Shown here in pieces: positions 1 through 9,146 of a stretch of 64,000 bases of DNA (position 1 is its first letter; each line of letters begins with the position of its first letter). The stretch covers positions 30,130-94,129 of the forward strand of contig CAWCTR010000002.1 of assembly GCA_963798485.1 (NCBI GenBank), in the 5' to 3' direction. Position numbers and translations under genes: made by a program. The stretch is from an uncultured delta proteobacterium (GTDB lineage Bacteria > Desulfobacterota > Desulfomonilia > UBA1062). The notes beneath the pieces are model-generated. The model saw only the letters and a list, made by a program, of their open reading frames with translations, was not told the DNA's origin and searched no databases.

Positions 1-1920
1 AGGCCCTGCCCCGATAACCGCGATCTTCTCTTTGCGGGTGACCGGGGCTGCATCGACCTTGGGCCTCTTTGCGTTGTCCGATATATAGCGCTTAAGCCAT
101 GCAATGGCCATGGGTTCATCGAGCTGGCCCCTGCGGCACTTGTCGGCGCAGAACTGCGGGCAGACCCTGCCGCACACGCCGGGGAACGGATTGGTCCGCT
201 TCATAACCTTGAATGCATCTGCGAGTCTGCCTGCCCTGATGAGTGCCATGTATGAGGGCACGTCCATCTCGATGGGGCATGCATGCTGGCAGGGTGACTT
301 GAACAGCTTCGAGCAGACAACAGCAGGACACTTCTTGTCGTAGATATGGGCCTCGTACTCGTGCCTGAAATACTTTATGGTCGACAGGACCGGGTTCGGG
401 GCCGTCTGGCCGAGACCGCACAGGGCGGAGTCTTTAATAACGGCTGCCAGGTCTTCCAAGAGCTCGATGTCGCCTGCCTTGCCCTCGCCGCCGCATATCC
501 TCTGGAGAATCTCCAGCATGCGCTTGGTGCCTTCACGGCACGGTGTGCACTTGCCGCAGGACTCTTCCTGGCAGAACTCCATGAAGAACTTGGCCGTGTC
601 CACCATGCAGGTGTCCTCGTCCATGACGATAAGACCACCGGAACCCATGATGGCGCCGAGTTTGATGATTTCTTCGTAATCGGTGGGGGTGTTCAATGCC
701 TCGGCCGGGATACAACCGCCGGACGGACCGCCGAGCTGGGCGGCCTTGTACTGTTTGCCGTTCCTGATGCCGCCGCCGATATCAAAGATAATCTCGCCGA
801 TTGCCGTGCCCATGGGGACTTCAACCAGACCGACATTGTTGACCGCGCCGGTAAGGGCGAACACCTTGGTGCCCTTAGAGCGCTCGGTACCCATGGAGGC
901 ATACCACTCGCCACCGTTTAGGATGATCTGCGAGATGTTTGCAAAGGTCTCAACGTTATTCAAGACCGAGGGCTTCTGCCACAGGCCCTTGCTCGCCGGG
1001 AACGGGGGACGGGGCCGCGGCATGCCTCGCTTGCCTTCGATGGAGTTCATCAGGGCCGTTTCTTCGCCGCACACAAACGCGCCGGCGCCCTGGTAGACAT
1101 GGATGTTCAGGCTGTAGCCGGAACCCAGGATGTTCTGACCGAGCAGCCCGTACTCCTTGGCCTGGTCGATGGCGATGGTGAGCCTCTTGATGGCCAGAGG
1201 ATACTCGGCCCGGCAATAGATGTAGCCTTCATTGGCGCCGATGGCGTAGCCTCCGATGATCATGCCTTCGAGCACTGCATGGGGGTCGGCCTCAAGGACG
1301 GAGCGGTCCATGAATGCACCCGGGTCGCCCTCGTCCGCGTTGCACAGGATATATTTGACGTCGCTCACAGCCTTGCTTGCAAAAGACCACTTCATACCGG
1401 TGGGGAACCCGCCGCCCCCACGGCCGCGGAGACCGGATTTCTTCACCTCGTCGATGACCTGGTCCCTCTTCATCTCGGTCAGGGCCTTGGCTGCCGCCAT
1501 ATAGCCGTCGCGGGCGATGTACTCGTCGATCTTTTCCGCGTCGATCAATCCTCTGTTCTTAAGGACAATGAGCTTCTGCTTTCCGAAGAACGGGATATCC
1601 ATCATGTGGGGAATGGGCGCTTCCGTTGTCGGCTCTTTGTACATGAGCCTCTTGACCGGCCTGCCCTTGACGATGTGTTCCTCGATGATCTCTGGGACAT
1701 CTTGGGCCTTCACGTACTGGTAGAACGTCCCTTCCGGATATATGACCATAATGGGGCCTGCAGCGCAGAACCCGTTACAGCCGGTTTCCACCACGGTTAC
1801 CTCGTCGGTGAGATTCTTTGCAGCCAGTTCCTGTATAATAGCTCTATGGACTTCTCCACTGCCCGTGGCATTGCACCCTGTGCCGCCGCAGACAAGTATA
1901 TGTGCGCGAAAGACTTTCAT
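1..1920 (-). CDS. NuoF/HydB-family NADH-binding flavoprotein fused to a GltD/SudA-like Fe-S + FAD domain (runs off the window edge)
   Basis: Absent from the ORF track because it has no stop in the window. Manual translation from ATG 1920 gives MKVFRAHILVCGGTGC..GCNGFC..GRGGGGFP..NADEGDPGAFMDR..GAGAFVCGEET..NNVETF..GGPSGGC..ESCGKCTPCREG..HIYDKKCPAVVC, then SPCQHACP..NPFPGVCGRVCP..CRR..KIAVIGAGP. Confidence 0.93.
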   Translation of the reverse strand, partial: MKVFRAHILVCGGTGCNATGSGEVHRAIIQELAAKNLTDEVTVVETGCNGFCAAGPIMVIYPEGTFYQYVKAQDVPEIIEEHIVKGRPVKRLMYKEPTTEAPIPHMMDIPFFGKQKLIVLKNRGLIDAEKIDEYIARDGYMAAAKALTEMKRDQVIDEVKKSGLRGRGGGGFPTGMKWSFASKAVSDVKYILCNADEGDPGAFMDRSVLEADPHAVLEGMIIGGYAIGANEGYIYCRAEYPLAIKRLTIAIDQAKEYGLLGQNILGSGYSLNIHVYQGAGAFVCGEETALMNSIEGKRGMPRPRPPFPASKGLWQKPSVLNNVETFANISQIILNGGEWYASMGTERSKGTKVFALTGAVNNVGLVEVPMGTAIGEIIFDIGGGIRNGKQYKAAQLGGPSGGCIPAEALNTPTDYEEIIKLGAIMGSGGLIVMDEDTCMVDTAKFFMEFCQEESCGKCTPCREGTKRMLEILQRICGGEGKAGDIELLEDLAAVIKDSALCGLGQTAPNPVLSTIKYFRHEYEAHIYDKKCPAVVCSKLFKSPCQHACPIEMDVPSYMALIRAGRLADAFKVMKRTNPFPGVCGRVCPQFCADKCRRGQLDEPMAIAWLKRYISDNAKRPKVDAAPVTRKEKIAVIGAGP

Positions 1921-2315
1921 TTACGGACCCCCTTCTTGTCTTGTTCCGTGCCCCTTGCCATGACAAAGTCCACCTGCACCTCGCCGTTCATGACGTGGCG
2001 CTTGAAGATCTGCCTGGCCTTGTTCGGGGTTAGATATTCATAGACGATTGCTTCTTTGCCCTGCTCTTCGAGGGTTGCCAGAGGCTCCCTGCTGCAGATG
2101 CCGATGCAACCCGAGGTGGTGATGAGGACATCGTTCACATTGTTTTCGCTGATCTCGCTCATGAAGGTGTCAAGGATCTCCTTGGCGCCGGATGCGATAC
2201 CGCAGGTGCCCATATGCACGGTAAGCTTGATGCGCTTCGTGCCGGACCTGAACTGGTCCTCTTTCTCCACCCTGTTCTTAATCTTTTTCAGATCATCAAT
2301 AGTCAGCTTCGCCAT
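1917..2315 (-). CDS. Thioredoxin-like [2Fe-2S] ferredoxin subunit (HndB-like)
   Basis: VHMGTCGIASGA and TSGCIGICSREP motifs; stop overlaps the NuoF-like start. Confidence 0.88.
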   Translation of the reverse strand: MAKLTIDDLKKIKNRVEKEDQFRSGTKRIKLTVHMGTCGIASGAKEILDTFMSEISENNVNDVLITTSGCIGICSREPLATLEEQGKEAIVYEYLTPNKARQIFKRHVMNGEVQVDFVMARGTEQDKKGVRK

Positions 2316-2325
2316 AGGGCCCCTC

Positions 2326-2832
2326 CTAATTATACTTCGCGAGCGTCTGCTCGAGTTTGGCCGGTTTTACCTGCCCGTGGGTGTCGGCGTCGACAACCAC
2401 CACAGGTGCGAGACCGCATGCACCGAGACACCGCACCGTCTCCAGGGAGAAGTTCCTGTCTGCCGTGCATTCGCCCGGGGCAATCTTGAGGATATCGCCC
2501 ACCCTGTCCAGAACCCTCTGCCCTCCTCTTACGTAACATGCCGTACCGAGGCATACGCGGATAACATGCTTGCCTCTGGGGATCATGGTGAAAAAGGAGT
2601 AGAAGGTTACCACACCGAACACGTTTGCCACGGGCAGATTCAGCCCGTCAGCCACCCTCATCTGGATGGACATGGGAAGAAAGCCGGTCACATCCTGAAC
2701 CTGCTCGAGAACAGGGATCAGGGCGCCTGGTTTTCCCTTGTGATCCGTAATGATTTTGTCAACCTGCGCAAGTTGTTCAGAGGTGAACTCCGCCAACCCC
2801 GCGTCTGCCTGGGTATTATCGATCGCTTCCAC
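2326..2832 (-). CDS. NuoE/HndA/HydC-family [2Fe-2S] subunit
   Basis: LIPVLEQVQ, VVTFYSFF, VCLGTACYVRG and VRCLGACGLAPV motifs. Confidence 0.93.
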   Translation of the reverse strand: MEAIDNTQADAGLAEFTSEQLAQVDKIITDHKGKPGALIPVLEQVQDVTGFLPMSIQMRVADGLNLPVANVFGVVTFYSFFTMIPRGKHVIRVCLGTACYVRGGQRVLDRVGDILKIAPGECTADRNFSLETVRCLGACGLAPVVVVDADTHGQVKPAKLEQTLAKYN

Positions 2833-3152
2833 GGTTTACCCCCTATCGCGTATTAAGTCTTGTTAATCTTGTGACTCTTTCGAGCATATTTCCTTATCAT
2901 ACAGTCATGCCGGCATCAAGAATAAACTGAATTGTGGTTCACCACTCAGAAAATCACAGTCAATAGGTTGATGTTTCTTGGGAAATTAATCCGAAAAACG
3001 GCCCTGGCCTTCTGATACCTTTTGCTCATAGGAAGACCCCGGTAAAAATAGTAACGGTAGTTTGGGCGATTTCTTCCTTATGGTCATTGCCAATCGGCGA
3101 TACAACACCCTGACATACTGACAGAATATTGTCCTTATTATCTTGGTTATCT

Positions 3153-4643
3153 TTATAATGTGCCCTGTCTGTTTTTCAGAAGACACTTCCTGAAGTGGAT
3201 ACCTACGATCATAAGACGTACTACCTCACCGAAGGTCTTCGGGCAAGTTAGGATGCTCCTGATGAGGAGCCTCCAGTAGTAGCTCCTGAACCCTTCCTCA
3301 TTACAGATACCAATACGCCAGAGACTCTTGAACAAAGCCTTGATGCCTGACCTGTCGATTGTTGAAACCGTATGCTGCTTATACAGGCATAGAAACTCTT
3401 TACACCGTCGGTAATAGGCCGCAGGTGAATAAATGGTTTCAAGGACACCACGATAACCGTTGATGAGCTTTTCCCGATCCATTTTCGGGATGAAATTGAG
3501 CATACCGTCAGTATTGTTACCGGAAGATTCACAAAGCAGTCTGCCCTCGGAGTGTAGGCGCTTCCATAGCCTTGTCCCTTTCAGTGCCTCCAGAAGCCCT
3601 ACCATTGCCATAATGATGCCGCTATGCTGGATGAACTCGATCTGCTTTTCAAAAATGTCATCCGGGTCGCTGTCGAATCCGATTATAAAGCCCCCCATAA
3701 CCTCAAGACCGTGTCTTTGGAGGATGTGAACTGATTTAAGCAAGTCGGCCTTGAGATTCTGCACCTTGCCGGTCTCCTCGAGACTTTGGGTATTCGGTGT
3801 CTCAATGCCGATAAACACCTTGTTGAAGCCTGCCTGGACCATGAGGTCAATGAGCTCTGCGTCTTGGGCCAGATTCAGGGAGGCCTCGGTAAAAAAATGG
3901 AAAGGCCTTTCATGTTCATCCATCCATCGTGCAAGATCCTTAAGCATTTCCTTTACCTTTGATTTCACCCCGATAAAATTATCATCCACAATGAAAACAG
4001 AGCCTCTCCAGCCTTTCAAGAACAACCCCTCGACCTCAGCAATGAATTGGGATGCGCTCTTTGTACGCTGCTTTCTTCCGTTCATACGAACGATGTCGCA
4101 GAATTCGCAGTCATAAGGACAGCCGCGGGAAAACTGCAATAACATGGAATCATAGTCTTGAAAATCGATGAGCGACCAGTCGGGCTCGCAGGTAAGGCAC
4201 AGGTCGGGTTGAGACTCAGGCACATATATCTCTTTGGCCTGACCTTGAAGGAGATCTTCTAAAAAATGCCTGAATGTTTCCTCTGCCTCGCCGAGTATGA
4301 GGTGCTCCACCCCTGCAATAGCGACTTCTTCAACTGTGAAATAAGGTCCGCCTGCCACCACCTTGACCCCTACTTCCCTGCACCTGTCAAGCACCTGGGT
4401 AAAGGAGGCTTTCTGCACGCTCATTACGCTGATAAAGGCATAGTCCGCCCATTGGAGGTCCTCATGAGTAAGCGATCTTATATTCATATCTACAAGTCGT
4501 TTGTTCCATGTATCAGGAACCAGGGCTGCAATAGTAAGCAGGCCCAGGGGGGGAAATGCCGATTTTTTTGAAACAAATTCCAGGGCGTATTTAAAGCTCC
4601 AGAATGTCTCCGGGATTTCGGGATAAATGAATAGCACGTTCAT
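3153..4643 (-). CDS. B12-binding-domain radical SAM protein (DUF4070-type)
   Basis: N-terminal FWSF..PPLGLLT B12-binding domain; RGCPYDCEFC CxxxCxxC motif; FIVDDNF. Confidence 0.9.
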   Translation of the reverse strand: MNVLFIYPEIPETFWSFKYALEFVSKKSAFPPLGLLTIAALVPDTWNKRLVDMNIRSLTHEDLQWADYAFISVMSVQKASFTQVLDRCREVGVKVVAGGPYFTVEEVAIAGVEHLILGEAEETFRHFLEDLLQGQAKEIYVPESQPDLCLTCEPDWSLIDFQDYDSMLLQFSRGCPYDCEFCDIVRMNGRKQRTKSASQFIAEVEGLFLKGWRGSVFIVDDNFIGVKSKVKEMLKDLARWMDEHERPFHFFTEASLNLAQDAELIDLMVQAGFNKVFIGIETPNTQSLEETGKVQNLKADLLKSVHILQRHGLEVMGGFIIGFDSDPDDIFEKQIEFIQHSGIIMAMVGLLEALKGTRLWKRLHSEGRLLCESSGNNTDGMLNFIPKMDREKLINGYRGVLETIYSPAAYYRRCKEFLCLYKQHTVSTIDRSGIKALFKSLWRIGICNEEGFRSYYWRLLIRSILTCPKTFGEVVRLMIVGIHFRKCLLKNRQGTL

Positions 4644-4759
4644 ATCTGATCCTCCATTTTTTCATAACATATGAATGTATATAGGATAATATGAGGTTAT
4701 CATTATTCAAGGGAATCAGTGTAAAAGTTACCTAAACTTACTGTTACAGTTTTGAAAAT

Positions 4760-4805
4760 AAAAAAAGACTTCATTGTCCCTGCATGGGGGCCGGACAATG
4801 AAGTC
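4760..4805 (-). terminator. Intrinsic terminator
   Basis: 13-bp perfect stem GACTTCATTGTCC/GGACAATGAAGTC followed by a T7 run on the minus strand. Confidence 0.75.
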
Positions 4806-4917
4806 AATAATCAAAATCTATACCCTCCTTTACATATCGGACATTAATGCCATAATTCAGGATAAATTTAAATGCTAAAAATTACATAGTTGAATGACAG
4901 GTTTATCCTGGTAATAG

Positions 4918-6228
4918 TTATGTCTCTTGCTCAATGGTATTCAGATATGCCCTGAGATTCTTCTTGGCCTTGAGCAGCCCACACTTTTTCCTTATATTAC
5001 TCCGGTGAAATGATACTGCAAAGGCTGATACCTTAAGCATTGTTGCGATTTCTTTGGTGGACTTACCTTGTTTGATAAGGTCGGCTATCCTCATCTCCAT
5101 GGGGGTAAAATTCAGATAATGCTGTGAAAGAGGATTGATATAGGGAGAGAGGAGTTCATCAAGATTTGCCTTAACGATATTAAGATAGATCCGATTTTCG
5201 TCATCGAGATTACTTGATTCAATCTTTTCCAGATAAGGGTAAATAATCTTTCGTGCCCTGGAGATAATAGACTCCTGGGCCTGCTTCTTCTCCTTATCTC
5301 GGGAATCGAGCAGCACTTTCAATGTAATATTCATTTCTTCAAGGTAACGGGCCTGATTGGCCAACTCCCTCTCCTTTGCAAGCAGCTGTTCTTCAAAGCG
5401 TTTGCGCTCGGTGATATCCCTGGCTATGCCGCACAATCCTGTTACATTGCCGGAACTGTCACGCATAGGTGATTTGATGAAATGAAAGGTCAGGAGGGAC
5501 TCATTGATAACCCTTGAGTATTCTCCCTCCACAATATCTCCGCCCAAAACCTTCCTATCGGTTTCTCTGACATCCGGTTCGACGTCCTTTATACAGAGAT
5601 CTTCATTCTTCTTGCCCAGGATATCCTTGGAAGAAATCCCAAACAACTTCTCTATACATGGGTTTACGAAGACATATTCATAGTTGAGATTCTTGATGTA
5701 GATACAATCCTGGGCTGACTCGAAGATCGTCCGGAAGCGCTCTTCACTCTCCCGGAGGACCTTTTCCATCTCGATACGTTCTGTAATGTCTCTAGCTACC
5801 GAGATGACTGCCCGGTCCTTTCCTCCCGGCATATAGGGCACACCGTTGATCTCTCCATACCTGACCTCACCGTCTTTTGTTATAAATTGATAGGTCGAAG
5901 AGAAGACACTCTTTCCTGAAAGCACCAACAGCGTCTCATCTATGGCCTTTTGGATATATTCAGGCGCAATGATATTCAGCTCGGCAAATGATCTGCCAAT
6001 GAGCTCTTCCGGCTTATAACCCAGTACCCGCTCAACACTGGGCGAAACACTCTGTATGACAAAGCTCCCATCTATCGTATAAATTACATCGTTAGCCAAA
6101 GAAAAATGGATCTGGTACTTTTCTGCAGTCTCGCGCAGAGTAGCCTCTACACCCGCCCGCTCGGCAGCTGACCGCTCCAACTCGCTAACCCTCCTCTTCA
6201 ATTCCTGGTAAATAGATTTCTCATTCAT
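4918..6228 (-). CDS. PAS-PAS LuxR-type HTH transcriptional regulator
   Basis: Two PAS/PAC repeats ending RDITER; C-terminal FTPMEMRIADLIKQGKSTKEIA..HRSNIRKK LuxR HTH. Confidence 0.9.
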   Translation of the reverse strand: MNEKSIYQELKRRVSELERSAAERAGVEATLRETAEKYQIHFSLANDVIYTIDGSFVIQSVSPSVERVLGYKPEELIGRSFAELNIIAPEYIQKAIDETLLVLSGKSVFSSTYQFITKDGEVRYGEINGVPYMPGGKDRAVISVARDITERIEMEKVLRESEERFRTIFESAQDCIYIKNLNYEYVFVNPCIEKLFGISSKDILGKKNEDLCIKDVEPDVRETDRKVLGGDIVEGEYSRVINESLLTFHFIKSPMRDSSGNVTGLCGIARDITERKRFEEQLLAKERELANQARYLEEMNITLKVLLDSRDKEKKQAQESIISRARKIIYPYLEKIESSNLDDENRIYLNIVKANLDELLSPYINPLSQHYLNFTPMEMRIADLIKQGKSTKEIATMLKVSAFAVSFHRSNIRKKCGLLKAKKNLRAYLNTIEQET

Positions 6229-6411
6229 ACCCTGCTCTTTGAGAAAAGATTATCACAAATCATTTGATATTTTCATTTCACTATATAAGTAAGATAGTCG
6301 TGATTATGATAAGGCAATTTGAGCAATCTATCAATTATTTTTTTTTATAATCCTTATTTAATACCAAGCCTGCCAGACAACGCTTTTAAAATAGCTTAAT
6401 ACATTTTATTC

Positions 6412-7611
6412 TCAAAAGGCAAATTTACCATCTTCATAGATGGTAACAATCTTTCCTGAGGCCAACTGAGCCTTTACCCGCTTCCTCTCGGTATTTACCA
6501 GATCCCAATGCAGGGCGGAGTCGTTGAACCCGAGTTCTTTCTTCTTATCAGGCGTAAGCTCTGCTGCATTACCATCAAAGGTATCGGAATATGATGCCCC
6601 AAGGGCAACATGGCAATTCCCGCTCTTGCCCCCATAGTTCTCATCATAAAGGGTGTTTGCCATGAAAGTGCTTATCTTGGAAAATCTCTTGTCTGTCAGG
6701 GAAAACTCGCCTAATTTGTTGGCACCACCATCCATGGCGATCTGCTTTTTGAGGAACTCCCCCCCTTGTTCGGCAGAGGCACGCTCAACAGAACCCGCCT
6801 TGAAAAAAAGGCGTATCCCTTTCACGTAATTCCCGCTGCGGTATGTCGGCTGATCGGCATAAAAGGTGCCTTCAGTACCCCGCCAATCAGGCGAAAGGAA
6901 TAACTCGAAGCTCGGTATATTATGCCCCGAAATACCCACCCATTTTCTCTTCAGCCCAGGGGTTACCTTCAGATCCACATGCTCTGATTCAATAATATAT
7001 CTGATGACCTTCATACTGTTCAGCCATTTTTTAATTGACTGGGCATCGTTATAAATATTCTTCCACCAGGCTACGGGGTCGGTCTTTTTTAGAGAGCAGG
7101 CATTAATAATCTGCTCGGAGTATTCTTCCACGCTCAGTCCTGCATGCCTGGCAAGCTCTGTTGTTGGGTATACACACAAGGTCCATCCAAACTTTCCTTC
7201 AGCCTCACGCCTATCAAGGATATCGTTCAGATACTTGCGGGCTACCGCCGCCTTACCGATCTTCTCAGGCCTCACATCGCAAAGGTGAGTTATAGAAGCC
7301 GGGGCTCGGAGCGTAATGTTGCCATGAATAGCCTTGAACAGCTCTTCATCCCCAGGGGTTTTAAATATAAGCTGTTTTGTATTCGAGAGACTATAGTAGT
7401 CATGCTCCATCCTTGGTGAAAAGGAAGTGCGCTGCACCGGGTTCAGTCCCATTTCGAGCAAGTGGGCATAGACAACCTCAGCCAGAGGCAATGCAGGCAT
7501 ATCATAGCGGATAAGTACGATATCGCCCTTTTTGAATCTTTCTATCCTAGCGGTCTTCAAACCCCAGATGAGGACCTGCGCATATCTCTGTAGGTGAATA
7601 GCTCTCAGCAT
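6412..7611 (-). CDS. M29-family (thermophilic metallo-) aminopeptidase
   Basis: NIPSFE, LGEFSL, LYDEN..HVALG.SY and NDSALHWDLV motifs. Confidence 0.88.
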   Translation of the reverse strand: MLRAIHLQRYAQVLIWGLKTARIERFKKGDIVLIRYDMPALPLAEVVYAHLLEMGLNPVQRTSFSPRMEHDYYSLSNTKQLIFKTPGDEELFKAIHGNITLRAPASITHLCDVRPEKIGKAAVARKYLNDILDRREAEGKFGWTLCVYPTTELARHAGLSVEEYSEQIINACSLKKTDPVAWWKNIYNDAQSIKKWLNSMKVIRYIIESEHVDLKVTPGLKRKWVGISGHNIPSFELFLSPDWRGTEGTFYADQPTYRSGNYVKGIRLFFKAGSVERASAEQGGEFLKKQIAMDGGANKLGEFSLTDKRFSKISTFMANTLYDENYGGKSGNCHVALGASYSDTFDGNAAELTPDKKKELGFNDSALHWDLVNTERKRVKAQLASGKIVTIYEDGKFAF

Positions 7612-7684
7612 ACGGTCTCCTGTTGCAAAGCTTGTAAAAGTCTTTTATCAAAAAAGTGCCTTGGCACACAATATATATAATCCG

Positions 7685-8755
7685 TCACTTGGCACCCAGA
7701 TTCTTGCATATCTCATCAACCACTTCGCTTGTGGTGCTTTTGCCTCCCATATCCGGCGTCCTTACCTTTCTGGCAGCAAGAACGGATTCGAGCGCCCCCA
7801 TGAGCAGTCCTGCCATATCTGCCAGATCAAGATGTTCCAGCATCAATACCATCGACCAGATCATGCCCACTGGGTTTGCAATACCCTTGCCTGCAATATC
7901 CGGCGCCGACCCATGAATGGGCTCGAACATGCTGGGAAATCGCTTTTCCGGGTTGATGTTTGCCGAAGGCGATATGCCTATGCTCCCGAGCATGGCAGAA
8001 CCGAGGTCGGTCAAGATATCGCCGAAAAGATTACTCGCCACCACTACGTCAAGGTCGTTCGGTCTCATAATCATGAGCCCGGCAAGGGCATCCACATGCA
8101 TGCCCCGTGATTCGATGTCTCGGTATTCTGTCCGTACGTCCTCAAAAATCCTGTCCCAGAAGACCATCGAATAGTTAAGCGCATTGGACTTTGTGGCGCT
8201 GACCATACTCTTACGGCCATGTTTTCGGGCATACTCAAAGGCGTACCGGATGACCCTGGTAACACCCTTGAGGGTAAAATGCGACTCTTGAACAGCCTCT
8301 TCATCAGGGGTGCCTACATTGAGGAATGATCCGTGGCCGCAATACTCGCCTTCGGAGTTCTCACGAATCACCACGAAGTCGATATCATGGGAAGATTTCA
8401 CCTTTAAAGGTGAGTCCAGCCCATCGAGGAGCCTTATAGGTCTGAAATTTATATACTGGTCGAATCCCTGCCGGATAGGAAGCAGCAGATTCTGAAGCGA
8501 GATATGGTCAGGAACGCTCGGAAAACCCACTGCGCCAAGCAGGATAACGTCACAGTCAGAGAGGATCTTCAACCCATCGTCGGGCATCATGGACGCGTGT
8601 TTCAGGTAATACCCGCATCCCCATTCGACCTCTCTGGTCATGAAAACAAGACCGCCATGGATCTCCTCGAGTCTCCTTAAGATCCTGATACATTCATTGG
8701 TTACTTCGATGCCAATGCCATCGCCGGGTATGAGTGTTATTGCAACTTTTCTCAT
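7685..8755 (-). CDS. Tartrate dehydrogenase/decarboxylase-like (isocitrate/isopropylmalate dehydrogenase family)
   Basis: IPGDGIGIEV, RENSEGEY, SATKSN, SNLFGDILTDL and FEPIHGSAPDIAGKGIANP motifs. Confidence 0.88.
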   Translation of the reverse strand: MRKVAITLIPGDGIGIEVTNECIRILRRLEEIHGGLVFMTREVEWGCGYYLKHASMMPDDGLKILSDCDVILLGAVGFPSVPDHISLQNLLLPIRQGFDQYINFRPIRLLDGLDSPLKVKSSHDIDFVVIRENSEGEYCGHGSFLNVGTPDEEAVQESHFTLKGVTRVIRYAFEYARKHGRKSMVSATKSNALNYSMVFWDRIFEDVRTEYRDIESRGMHVDALAGLMIMRPNDLDVVVASNLFGDILTDLGSAMLGSIGISPSANINPEKRFPSMFEPIHGSAPDIAGKGIANPVGMIWSMVLMLEHLDLADMAGLLMGALESVLAARKVRTPDMGGKSTTSEVVDEICKNLGAK

Positions 8756-9146
8756 GCGCTACCTTCCTTAGGACAGATTGTCTGTTCATTTTCAAGGACG
8801 TGATTTGGGCATCACTGACCTACAAAAATTTATTTACATTAGCCATAACATTCTCATCGACGCACATAAAGAGTACCGATATATGAAAGAATCTTATTCA
8901 GGTATTAATTCCTGATTAATTGTGATAGTGGTTACATATGAACATCGGGGATGTGAAGATAGCTGCTATCTTCATCTATTGCCTCCATTATGGCTTTATG
9001 GCATTACCCCTCTTATGTATTCCCCACACTCACAGGGGAGAGGGTAGGCGTACAGGTGTCTCACCCCATGCAGATTCCTGTATGTTCGCACCTCCCCCTT
9101 TTTTTAATGCAGTGATGCCCTCATGAGGGCGTAAATACAAGAGCGT

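Noticed and set aside
104-2856. Many long plus-strand ORFs (e.g. 1099-2043, 2056-2856) and similar antisense ORFs throughout the window
   Set aside because: They are shadows of well-supported genes on the opposite strand in GC-rich DNA and carry no recognisable motifs.
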